Below, one piece after another: positions 9,583 to 21,308 of a stretch of DNA of 64,000 bases. The stretch is taken from contig NW_027191411.1 in NCBI RefSeq assembly GCF_041146345.1, positions 558,001-622,000 on the forward strand. Reading direction: 5' to 3'. Under the pieces are notes generated by a model. That model saw nothing but the letters and a program-made list of their open reading frames with translations, was not told the origin of the DNA and made no database searches. The DNA is from Neodothiora populina (lineage: Eukaryota). Every line of letters starts with the position of its first letter. The stretch's first letter is position 1. The position numbers and the translations under genes are program-made.

Positions 9583-11663
9583 TTCGGTAAGAACAATTCA
9601 ACGGGGCGAAGGAACCGAGGTTTGAAGAGGAACAAATGTAAAGAAAGGGTCGTCGTCTTTAAAAGGGGAGGCTGGGGGGGACGTGGTCTCAAAAGGAGCG
9701 TCGATTGGAAAGATAGATAGAATACGAATGAGTGAATGACCGAGCGAGAGAACATCACGACACGGTCACTCGCCCGGATGATATCTTACAGCATCCCCCA
9801 AATCGAGCGGACGAACACACGGCACGCGATTCGAAGATCACGATAGCAGCATTAAAGGCGGCTCTAGACATTCGTGGCGCGCTGTCTCCCTCTCGGACAA
9901 ACTAGGAAAGGGTAACTCAAGCCAGACTAAGCAGAGAAAAGGAAACAATGGTACCTTGACACAACACAGCTCACCGAATCACCGAAATCCGACCCAACCT
10001 CCTTGACCCCCTCTGTCCTAGCGATGCTTCGAATAAGAAGGAAGCCGGCGGTTGACTTGTATCATAGGCCCTACGCACTACTGCACACTTCGACATCCCC
10101 GGGCTTCGCGAGGCTAAGTTGGTCAGAGAATGGGTTGTTCAGGAAGTGGACCTAGGCTTGGCAGACTCCCGCGTGAGGGTAACTCCAGCCAGCAAGCCAG
10201 CATGGTGCGGTGCAGCAGCAGCAGCACGCATTAAACACATAGACAAGTTAGGTACCAGAAAGTACGTTGGGGAAAAGCACAGCACCAGCACAGCACAATA
10301 CAGCACAGCAGCGACCCGACCAGAGCCTGGAAGCCGAGTCTGACCCAAGTCAGTGCCCCATGTGAGTTGTATCAGAGGTCGCATCTCGCCTATCGAGTCT
10401 GATCTATTCCGTACCTCTCACAGTGATCCATGACTCTTCGGATCTTGGCGCTTTCCCATTTGCCTTGATCCGCCTACCGATCGTCGAGCATGATTTGTAC
10501 ATACGAGGATGAAAGTGCGGCAACGCAATAATGTCGGTAAGTGCCACGTAGAAGGCGGACATGCGCAGTACTGTACATAGGGCTCAAAAGGGATAGCAAC
10601 AAGAACCCAAAGAAGCGTGACCAATCCAGCAGTGTAGCACCACGTTCAAAGCAATGGTTGGTCAGTTTAAGCAAAAGAAGTGGGGAAACCGTTCAACATG
10701 TGTGGGCCGCGCCGACCGCCCGCCGTCGCTTCCTTAGTTCGACTCTTGTCTTCTTTTGCCTTTTTCCTGTGATTACCTGACTGCCAGAGAGAGCCCAGCG
10801 ACAAGGGAGCAACGGCAGTAGCAGCAGCAGCAGTAATTTGACCGCCTCTTCTACTGCCTGCCCTGAAGGCCACGGACTGTGTCAGCTCTATGACCAAGGA
10901 AAAGTCCATCGCCAAGATGACACATTCGCATGTCTGCACCTTGAAAAGAAAGAGGCAAAAGGAAACAGGCGTCGGGCCTCTTTGCTCGCCTAAGAGAGAT
11001 CCATTTGATATACAGTAAGTTTATGTATTGCATGTATCATTGTACAATGTATAAGTGTCGAGGTGTCTTTACCAATAACACACCTACAAATAAATGCGCG
11101 CACCCGTACAGCACATTATCCGTATGCAATTCCATGCGTGTACAGTGCAGCGACGGCGGGCGTGCCCTTGCAGCGACATTCATAGCTGGGAATCTCCAGG
11201 CGCGGAGGAAGAGGTGCCGCCGAACCAAACCGGCCTGGGCGGGCGGGGCAGTCAGTCACTGCCCTCTGCCGCTTCTCGTCCCTCCAGAGGTCCCTCTCTA
11301 TGCTATCCTCACCGCCCGTCGAATCACACGGCGGTCGGACTATTCCACCCAGCTCCCTTGTAATTAGTCCAGTACATGCGGTCCTGTACGGCAAATTGGC
11401 AGTTCTTGTCGGGCACCGTCGTTTCGTTTGGGCGGTGGTGGTCCGCTGTCTCTGAAATCCTCTCTGCGGTACGGGTTGTGGTTCCGATTCCCTTGCTGCT
11501 GATGTTACTATGATGGACCCCCGCCGCGGAAGACGTGATCTTTTGGTTTCTTGTGTACTAGATGAGCGGCTCACACGCGAAAAGAGGACAATGACAACGT
11601 TGCAAGTGTGGCAATGACGTATCTTTTGTGTTTTTATTTTGATGCTAAATAGGAAACTTGTTT

Positions 11664-12824
11664 CTAGATGACATCCCATACATCCTCGGCAGCATGGCAG
11701 AACTTGCTGCATGCGACACTGGCGGACAGACTGAAGTTGCTGATACTGATCGAGTCGTCCTTGAAGGCGTCGGCGAAGTTATCGCTGCCCTTGGCCATGG
11801 CACCAATGAAGACGCAGATGCTCTCCTTGGGGCCCAGGTCCTGAATGTAGTCCCTCACGCGCACGACCTCGGCGTCGAAACTCAGCGTCACCTTTCGGCA
11901 GTTCGGCGGTAGGTGGTCCGTGATGGGGTTCTTGATGACCTTCAACAGCTTCTCCTGTGATGTCGTCGAGCGGATGGACAGTCTGTGCAACAGCTGCACC
12001 ATCAAACCAGCGAATCGCTTGAATGTTCGGGGGATGCGCACGGTCGGGCTGACTTCGATGAGCACACCCTTCGCCGTCGAAATGTAGATCTGTAGCTTGC
12101 CGGCCTTGTTGATGGGGGAGTCCAAGAGGGTTAGTAGACACTGGTTCGAGTCACAAATAAGCCAATGCTGTCGACACTAATAAACCAAGACGTTTCGTAC
12201 CTGATGAGTAATATCGGGACGCGCATCACTGATGTCGCGGTTCATCTTGCGCATGACACCAATGTGCTCGTCACTGTTCAGTAGCGAGTATTTATCGTCC
12301 TTCATTCCACCTCGTCCGCCTGACGAGGCCTTGTATGTCTCGAGTGATGCATTCGACAGGACAACGATAAGGCGCTTGGAGTCCTTGTCGGCAGCCGGGA
12401 TGGGCACATTCTGCTCGGCGACGAGTTGTGGTAGTGAGGGGGGAGGAAGTGATTGAGTGCCTTCGGGGAGAAACCACTGGTCAGTCATGGCGCAAGACTC
12501 CTTGTTGAAAGAATCTCAAAGGGGGAGCGTAGTGCGATGGTTGAGCAAGCACAAGTGCAGAGCTGGCAAGAGGTAGAGAACGATGACTTGACTTATGCAA
12601 GACAAGACAAGACAAGACGAAAAACAAAGGAAAACCACTGGCGAGACGAGATAGAGAGTGAGGGAGGGAGGGAAATGTACTGAATACTTACGCTGACGCT
12701 TGCTGGTGCGTTCTTCGAATGAGCTTCTGCGACGAGTGGTGCCGCTTGTGCTTGTGGCTCCCTCCTCCTCTGGAATGTCAACTGGCTCCTCCGTGTGTGA
12801 CTGCTGCTCCTTGATGTCGGCCAT
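11664..12824 (-). CDS. EMG1: 18S rRNA pseudouridine N1-methyltransferase Nep1/Emg1 (3 exons)
   Basis: [91 protein letters not shown] and GTACGA donors join the three ORF pieces. Confidence 0.96.
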
Positions 12825-13951
12825 GACTGCTATACTCTGAGGCTCTTGATGTGTCTAAGTGCGAGAGTATATATCCAAATTGCTCTCAAATCCTCAAAGC
12901 CTGATGTTATTGCTTTGCTGGTATTTTGTCGGGCTGTGTAGTTCAATGGTTTGCGACGGCTTGAAATATTTTCGAGTCTTACAATCCCAAGGCAATATTA
13001 ACTCCCCGGAGGATCGAATAATTCGTGTCGGTGCTTTGTTGGCCTTGGCGGGACAGAAAGCCATACTTTCATGTGCTGTATAGTGTCACGCGGTATCAAC
13101 TTTACGTTGGCGGACGGTGTCGGCGGACCCCCACGCTCTCGCATTAAGCTGTATTGTAAAAGTCGTCTTTATCTTTGACAACATGCTATAGTATAGAATC
13201 GAAGTCTGACTTATCAACTAATGCATACGATCTTGCTGCCCAGTCTTGATGTCGATAGTGTGGCTCCAATCAGCAATGTTCGTTGTAGGCGAGCATATTG
13301 TTAACAGCCGGGCGACCATTCATTCACTCAATCAACTCCACAATCATACCACCTTGACCCTGCTTCATACATCGTCATAGAACGACCTATAGCAGACAGT
13401 CAAAGACTACAGCTTCCACGTCTATTGCGACGAGATTGCGGCATGATCGTTGAACCAACATGGTTGCGACTATGCTCTTTTAGACATTCGTACTTGCGAA
13501 ATGTTGCGAAATGCAATCTCCGGAATATCACTTACGGTACTACAGTCTTGGACTTGATCTTGGCAGTGACCGAGTTCGAGTCAACGCAATGTCACGAATG
13601 TAACACAATAAACAAAGCGGACATGACTAGACAGACGATAGGCAGTTCGTCATTGCTTCGGTCTTGGGTCCGGAATCATGGCTCCCTTCCCTATCATACC
13701 ACCTATCGTTGGATGCAAGCTTTCTAAATAAATAGGTAAGAAGTAGAGACGCTAAATGCCGTTGATGACAGAACTTTTCGCCCAGTCACGCCAGAACGTG
13801 CACGCCACGAAATAGGTCTTGTACTACATCGACTGTTCTGATAACTACTTTCTCTACTTTTTGTAATTATCGTTCTTTCATAATTGCGCCGTTTCGATCT
13901 CTGGCTTTCCTGCCTTTAACTGGGCTGCGATCCTGAAAAGCCCCTATCAGA

Positions 13952-15673
13952 ATGCTGGCCTCCCAAAAATGGTCCAAGTCCGGGGACCCTGTCCTGGAAT
14001 ATCAGGAAATCGACCTTGCCAGAGAAGCACGGTTGGTCAGAAAGCTGGACTTGTACATCATACCGCCAGTCATGCTTCTGTACCTTTTCTCTTTCCTAGA
14101 TCGGTGCGTCGACTCGAGAGTGCTACAGTGGTCATGATGAGTCAAGAAAGTTTTGTCTTTTTAGTCGAGAGTATGAACAGCAGTAGCAGCACAAGCCTGA
14201 CTTGACCGGACGGTGATTTGAGCAAGACCTATTACATCCTATGTTGCCTGAATGAACGACTTTTGTTCAGAGTATCAAAGGGACAGACTCGGCAGTCTCT
14301 CATTCTCTGTCCGACAGGATTTGCGTGCATCATGACCATGTAGAATATAATCAGCTCAGGACTGATCACGTCTTGGCAGTGTAAACATTGGCAATGCTAG
14401 ACTCTACCACTTTGAAGAGGACCTGAACCTGTCCTCGGAGCAATACCAGGTAGCCGTATCGCTACTGTTTGTGACCTACCTACTGTCCGAAGTCCCTTCG
14501 AACATCATCTTAAAGCACTATATTCGACCATCCCGATGGATTGCCTTCATCACTACCGCCTGGGGGATCATTGCCAGCTTGACCGGGATAACGCAGAACT
14601 TTGGCGGCCTGGTCGTCTGCCGTCTACTCCTGGGTCTCTTCGAAGGCGGCCTCTTTCCGGGTCTGGTGGTCTATCTCACCTACTTTTACACCAAGCAAGA
14701 ATTCGCTTTGCGTATCGGCTACCTCTTCGTGAGTGCCGCCCTCGCAGGCGCATTTGGCGGACTTCTGGCGTATGGAATCGGCCATATGGACGGCGTTGCT
14801 GGACTGCGCGGCTGGCGCTGGATCTTCATTCTCGAGGGCATTCCGACTTTTGTCCTCGGCATCGCATCCTGGTGGGTCCTAGCGGACGGACCAGAAACGG
14901 CATGGTTCCTCGACCAGCCTGAACGAGAACTGCTAGCTCTACGACGCAGCCGCCAAGTAGGCGTATCGGAGACGTTCGAGTGGGCAGACGTGATCAAGGG
15001 AGTCAAAGACTGGAAGATGTGGGCGTTCTGCTTCGCGCTGTTCGGCATGGACACGATGCTGTTCGGGTACTCGACTTTCCTACCCACGATCATCAAAGCC
15101 ATCGAACCATCCTTCTCCACCGCTCTCGTGCAGGTCCTGACCATCCCGTGCTACGCTCTCGGCGCAATCACCTACCTCCTCGTCGCCAGACTATCAGACT
15201 ACACGCAGCGGCGCGGCGTCTTCGCCGTCATATTCGGTATCATCTCAATCATAGGCTATGCACTGCTGATCTCCGACTCGTCCTCCGGAGTGCACTATGC
15301 CGGCTGCTTCCTGGTGGCGCTAGGTCTTTACGTCGCAGACGGCATCCCCATCGCCTGGCTGCCGGCCAACAACCCGCGCTACGGCAAACGCACCACAGCG
15401 ACGGGTCTGCAGCTGACCATCGGAAACTGCGCCGGCATCATGAGCAGTTTTCTGTACCCTGCTGCCGAGGGCCCGCGGTTCGTCAGGGGTCACGCGGTTT
15501 CGCTGTCCATGGTCGCCTTTGCGACGGCGGTGTATGCGTTCATGTGGTGGTGGTTCGCGAGGGAGAACGAGAAGAGGAGACGGGGCGAGAGGGATGGCGT
15601 GTTGGAGGGGTTGAGCGAGGACGAGGTCGTTAGACTCGGGGATGAGAATCCGAGGTTTGTGTTTTCCATCTGA
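13952..15673 (+). CDS. MFS transporter, anion:cation symporter family (allantoate/nicotinate permease-like); intron 14104-14379
   Basis: RLVRKLDLYIIPPVMLLYLFSFLDR|VNIGNARL, EVPSN, RLLLGLFEGGLFPG, GWRWIFILEG, LGDENPRFVF; splice GTGCGT..GGCAG is in frame. Confidence 0.93.
14126..14340. mobile_element. Putative Tc1/mariner-type MITE (215 bp) inside the MFS intron
   Basis: TA|CAGTGGTCATGATG ... CATCATGACCATG|TA: terminal inverted repeats (1-nt deletion in the right copy) and TA on both sides. Removing the element plus one TA leaves a 59-nt intron, the normal size here. Confidence 0.62.
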
Positions 15674-16439
15674 GTTGGTCGTGATGTTGGGTTATGGGGT
15701 CACGAACGGAGATCCGAGGTCTGTAATGAGTGTCCTTTGCTTTCTTGCTGCTCTGCTTGCTTTTGGGTATGATAGATGAAATACATAGAGCCACGAGAGA
15801 AACACAGATGGCCACGAGCAAACGAGGAAAAGCCACGGGAGAACGAGAAAAAGCCACGAGAGGAAATCGTCAAGAGCCACTAGATAATCGCCTGGGAATT
15901 AGCCCACCTCTAGCATGGCAACCAAAAAAGAATATATCCTATAACAAACGAACAACCATACATTACAACTACGTCGTCTGTCGAAGCTTTATAAGAATGC
16001 ATGCTAGCCAGTGCAGCGTACCTAAGCCATGAACGATGCGTTTGAGCCAGATGTGAATCTCGCCGCATGCAGATGTGAGTCTCCTCGCTTGGGCAGTAGT
16101 CTACATGTCATGTGAGTGAGGGGGGGCTTGAGCGTATATTAAGGAATTCGACTTGGTTAGCTTTTTCGTTGCTTGGAAGTGCAGTATCTCTATGCGTGCG
16201 TGCGTGCAGAGCAGATGAAGCAGACAGACAGACATATAGACGGATGGATGGACGTGAGTGAGGTTAAGTGAACGAGTAAGCTTTTCTTCGACGTCCTTCT
16301 ACATCTGCTCTATTTATATTCCTCCCTAGGTTCTCGCTGTATTACCGTCCTTGCTTTTCTTCTCTTCTTTATATTGTTCTTGCTTTTGTTGTATAGTGGG
16401 GCTTTGTCCGCGAAGGAGAGAAAAAGAAAGAAAAAAGGG

Positions 16440-19400
16440 CTACTCTCCGCCAAACATGTCCGCCATGCCCTCCAGGCCAGGACTATTCCCCCTGACGATA
16501 GCAGGTTTGCTCTCGACCTCCATGTACTGCATCATAGCCTTGCTTTTGCCATTGTTCCCCGCCACCGCACCGCCTCCAGCCGAGTACTTGCCTTTTCCTC
16601 TAGGGTCCACAATCCGTCCCGCCTCATGGATACTGACGCCTCTGACGCCCTCGAGCAGCGCCATGACGATGGCGCGCTGGCCCCTCTCGCTGCCCAGCCC
16701 TCTGATCTTCTCGACGGCGTCGTCGACGCGCTCGGGCCGCATGTCCGGCAGACTGGCGATGATGGCGCGCGGTGTGTCCGTCTTGTCGCTGTAGCATGCT
16801 ATGATCTGCGCGATGAGGTTGGACAGGTCGCGTTGCACGTCGAAGAAGTAGGGCTCGTTGAGCGAGGTTATGCTTGTTTTGAGTACTTCTGTGCTGATGA
16901 ATTCGCGGATCTGAGGGTGGAGGGTTGTGGTTAGGGGGGTGGCGGATGGGGATGAGGGCGTTGTGTTGAAGACTGGGATCATGGAGCGCAGCACGCGGCA
17001 GATTAGTGTGCAGCATCTGGAGTCGCGGGTCCGGAGCGTGTGTGTGCAGAAGAGGATGAGGGGTTCGAGAACGGAGGGGTCGGAGAGAACGAGGTGCCGG
17101 ATTGTGGTGGTCGGATCCTGCGATTGCTGGGAACCTTCTGCGACGAGGTTGGCTTCTGTTTGGTCCAATGGTCAGTGTGGGTTGGCGAAAGAGGAGTAAC
17201 GGAAAAACTTGCTCACCTGTCTTGGGGTCCAGAAGCATAGACGCAAACGCCACAACAGCATAGGTCGTTGCTCGCAAAATGCTCTCTGCTTTCATCTCAT
17301 CGCCTAGGTCATCATCGCCACTGGACCGGATCCTTGCCTGCTCGATGCTCTCCCACTCCGATGTGATCTTAGCGTCTGCTTGTGCAAAGAACATCTTCAG
17401 CAACGGAGGCAGGAAAGAAGATCTGTAGCGCGGCGGGCACCGCTGGACCAGTCTCTCGACGAGGCTGATCAACCTCTGCAGGTGATGAGCAGAAAGAGCG
17501 GTGGCATTTGTGAGCAAAGCTTCTGCCAGAGGCACGGCAAGTTCTTGCAGCCCATAAAACTGGTCCTCGAACCTAGTCATGCCATAGATGATATGGTAGC
17601 ACCAGTCTCTGACTGACCTCGGGATACCACGAACAGTAGAGCCGAAGCCTTCATATGTGTTTCCAGTCTCCGAGATGCGCGCATAGAACTCGTCTCTGCT
17701 TTCACTAGATATGCCTGATTGCCAGAATCTATCCACAAGCATCCTTTGCATGGTTGTCCGCAGTTCGGGTGGAAGATTGGCCCAGTTGGATGGCTCTGGG
17801 AATGATGTAGCGTGTCTTTAAGATGGAATCAATATCTGAACAACGTTTCTCTTTGGCTGTCAACATACCTTGCGAGCTGGAGGAGGTTGGGTAGTATTGC
17901 CTGCATTGCGGAACCCCAGATCTGCGAGGCGATTTGATAGTCATGCGATCCGTCTTTGAGCTTCTCTGTAGTTGCTCCTAGCAGATTCTTTGTTGCATTC
18001 AGGGGTAAACGCTGGCAGTCACCTGTCAGCAAGTCACAAGTCTCAAAATACAAGATGGACTTACCAAGGTCTGCGCTTGAATGTCTGCTTGCCGTCTCTT
18101 GCCTTCTTCGTCTAGAGGAGTGGCTGACCAGTCCTGTATATTCGGATAATTCCGAGAAGAAAGATACTCCGGTAGTGTTCCCATGCCGACGAGGCTACAG
18201 AAACCAGAGAAAGTCGACAAAGCTTCAGTCAAGGCGGGGTCTTGCCATGCTTGTATCACAGGCTGCACTATCGCCTGAAGACGCGACAGCCGAGCGTTCG
18301 GGTCTACAGCAGATGCGCGGTGTCTGTCCGGTCAGAAATATGATAGATTGAAGGCCAAGGTCGTAGACTTACACGATGATAAGCAGGAAGGCTTGCAATC
18401 CCCATTTCATCCGCTCATCCTCTGGGTGGGACTGAATCATGTTCGCAACTCGTGCCTCAAGATCCGTGAGGAGGTCCTGGTCATGTTAGCCTACGGACAC
18501 ACTGTCAATAGGGAGATAGTCTGCACCAATAGGTAGTCGGGAAACGAAAAGGCGATTCTATGCATTTCGCCCAAGCGTGAGCCCTCATAACTCTTCAGTG
18601 CGTCTGTGTACTCCTTTTGCGCCGGCATCTCGGGCAGATCCAGACTCATGACATAGTCTAAGATCTTGACGACAAGGTCTGCTTGGCCCTTGTGTAAGGT
18701 TTTGCAAAGTGTGTTCACCACCATGTGTACGGCAAGTCGCGCAATGTCAGGATGCTTTTTCACGTGTCAGCTGCGCGCATGGGGTACATACGTCTTGGGA
18801 TCTTACCTGGGGCTGAAATGACATGATACGGAAGCAAAAGTCCCGTAATGTACCACTGACGATGCGATATGACTCTTTAGCAGCCGGCTAGCAACAGTAA
18901 GTATGGTGTTCACAAACAGAACTAGAGTGGGAAGCGTACTGTAGACTCGTCGCTCCCTGTCAACTTGGACAGAGATTGACCGAAGCCATTGAGTGTACTA
19001 CGGAGTACAGATGCCTGTGCTTCGAGTTGGAGGACAGGGATAGGAGTCTTGATAGACTGTGGCTCTGCAGCGGTGATTAGTGACCAGTCACTTCCGTACA
19101 CTATAATCATCAATCCTGCTCACTTGTAAAGGGATGCTGGAAGTCCTTGCAGATAGTGTCGACCATCTGCAGTGTCTGGTCTAGAATGTAGGTCACCGCT
19201 TCCTGTGGCATAGCACAAGCAATGCCCTCGATGATGGCAACGCAGTACCTTCTGTAGTTGCCAAGGAAGGCGTGGAGCTCAGGCAGCGTCTCGAAATCTT
19301 CATTCAAGTATGCAACGACTGGCGACTCGGAGTCCTGCAGGAATGCCTCATATCTAATGAGCCTCTGACTGCACACACCGAGCAGAATTGCCACTCTTTG

Positions 19401-20754
19401 GCCTATAGCATTCGACAATTGCACATCCTTGGTGACTAGTAGTTTAGTAAAAGTGTGTAAGGCAGGTATCGAGATGATCAAGCTCGCGCTCTGGAATGCC
19501 AAGGAAAGGAGATCAAACAGGGCTACAAGCGACGAAGGGTCCGTGATGAGTTCTGGGGATTGGGCCACAGCGTCACCGAGGATGGAGAGAGCCTGGGAAC
19601 AAAGAAGAGAAACGTCAGACGAAAATGGCCAGGCAGAGTGAGATGGGGATGACTTGCCTCGGTCATCTTCTTCTGCAAGGTGTACTTGGCCTCATCGATA
19701 TCATCAGGGTCGGTCTGGCATGATGTGTATAGTGATGTCAACAGCTCGAGTCTGTCACGCTGGAGAGACGATTGTATGATGATGGACCAGGACTCTTGGA
19801 AATGTGGATTGTAGGGACGTTGGAGAATTGATTGGAGTACTTCAATGGACGCCTATGATACCTCAGCTCCATGGCTCTTGGAAAGCAGGATGCGCAACGA
19901 CCTACCGTTTGAGCGGCGATATTGCCGGTAGCCATCATGTCGAACAACGACTCTACAGTATGAGCCTCAATCGAGGCTCGGAGACTGACCCATACGGTGG
20001 TGGGTTTGAGTGCTTCGAGACATTTGATGGCGAGATTAGTTATTCGCTGATCACCCTGGGCGACGGATGCGCAACAAGCCATGACGAAGTTCGACATTTC
20101 CGCGAGCCAGCCATCCTGCGTGAACCGTACTTCTGGTGAGTTTCCACGAGAGCTCTGGTGGTCACGATGCAGCTCGCGAGGAATCATGACATCGTTCAGA
20201 GACTGACCCAAGACGTCTTGTCTCAGCATAGCGACGGGGTCTTCCCTGTTGCAGACATCCTCCGACAAGCACTCGAGTATGTAGAGAACCAGCTGCCTAC
20301 GAACCGACTGTTTGCTCGGATCCTGACTGTTCCAGAAGTCGAACAGCTGGCTGTCCATGTCCATCCACTCTGCCGCCCAGCATCTTTTTGCCATCTCGAT
20401 CCAGAGCAGGGCCACTTTATTTCGAAAATATAGAGGATCGGAGTCAGTGACATGGCTCGCCAGGTTCAGCGCCCAGCCACGTAGAGTGTGCGCCGCCTCT
20501 TTGCTGCAGTCTTCCCACCTGTACCGTAGTGCGTATTCGAGCAGCGAGAGTCCAAAATGCCTCACGGCGGGCTGCTTGGATGTGTCGCTGGCGAGGGTGT
20601 AGCCGTACTGAGGGGCGTCCGGTTGCCGTTTGGCATCTTCCAGAAAGGCCAGCGCCGACTGTCTTGTTTCATTAGATGAGCGAGGGTCGTATGTGGCTTC
20701 TAGAGCCAGGCTTATCTGCGAGATGCCATCGCCGTTCAGTTCTGATGCGGCCAT
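16440..20754 (-). CDS. MSN5: Exportin-5/Msn5 karyopherin (multi-exon)
   Basis: Importin-beta N-terminus (ALEATYDPRSSNETRQSALAFLE, VRHFGLSLLEY, YFRNKVALLWIEMAKRCW), LPLNATKNLL, RFWQSGISSESRDEFY, EFISTEVLKTSITSLNEPYFFDVQRDL; consecutive minus-strand ORFs separated by short introns. Confidence 0.9.
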
Positions 20755-21308
20755 GCCGTTGCGGCAAGTGTGGGTTGGCGGGTTGATTTATGATGTCAAG
20801 TGTTTACTGCCTGGGTCGAAAAGAAAATACAGTTCCAAACAAGGGACTCCCGCTAGCATGACATGTTTGTGCAACGTCGATGAATTATAGAAAAGTACGG
20901 GTCAGAGTCTGGAATCTAGTGTCTGATGGTCTAGAGTCTCCGTGCTAGACAAAGACAAAAAGTCTCCCTTGTTATGAAAGTGCATATGGAATTATAGAAT
21001 AATCATAAGAAGCCAGGGGCGGCGCAAGTGCTGGGCGACGCGGAGTGCCGCGACATTTCTGGAGAGATTGGGCGGGCGTAACGCGATTGTTGAGTGCTAA
21101 TTGCTCTCGTGTCTCATCCCTTGGCGGTATGAGACATTGGGTATTGGTGCCTAGCAGCAGTATACACAGCCCTCCATATAATGGTGCAATCACTCAAGAG
21201 GCTGACTTGGTTGTCTGCGTGCCGTGACACAATCACTGGCTTGTGAACGTTGATTTTTCGTTACATAAAGCTGACTGGCTACTCCATAACAAGTCCCAAA
21301 AACACTTT

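Noticed and set aside
9760..11660. Numerous 60-200 aa ORFs between the VOC gene and EMG1
   Set aside because: Overlapping in all frames with no domain signal; consistent with promoter/UTR sequence.
13160..13950. Several GATAA sites upstream of the MFS gene (AreA-type nitrogen control)
   Set aside because: Short motif, scattered and not clearly above chance.
14104..14379. TPP riboswitch in the transporter intron
   Set aside because: The conserved CTGAGA and downstream TPP aptamer core sequences are not present.
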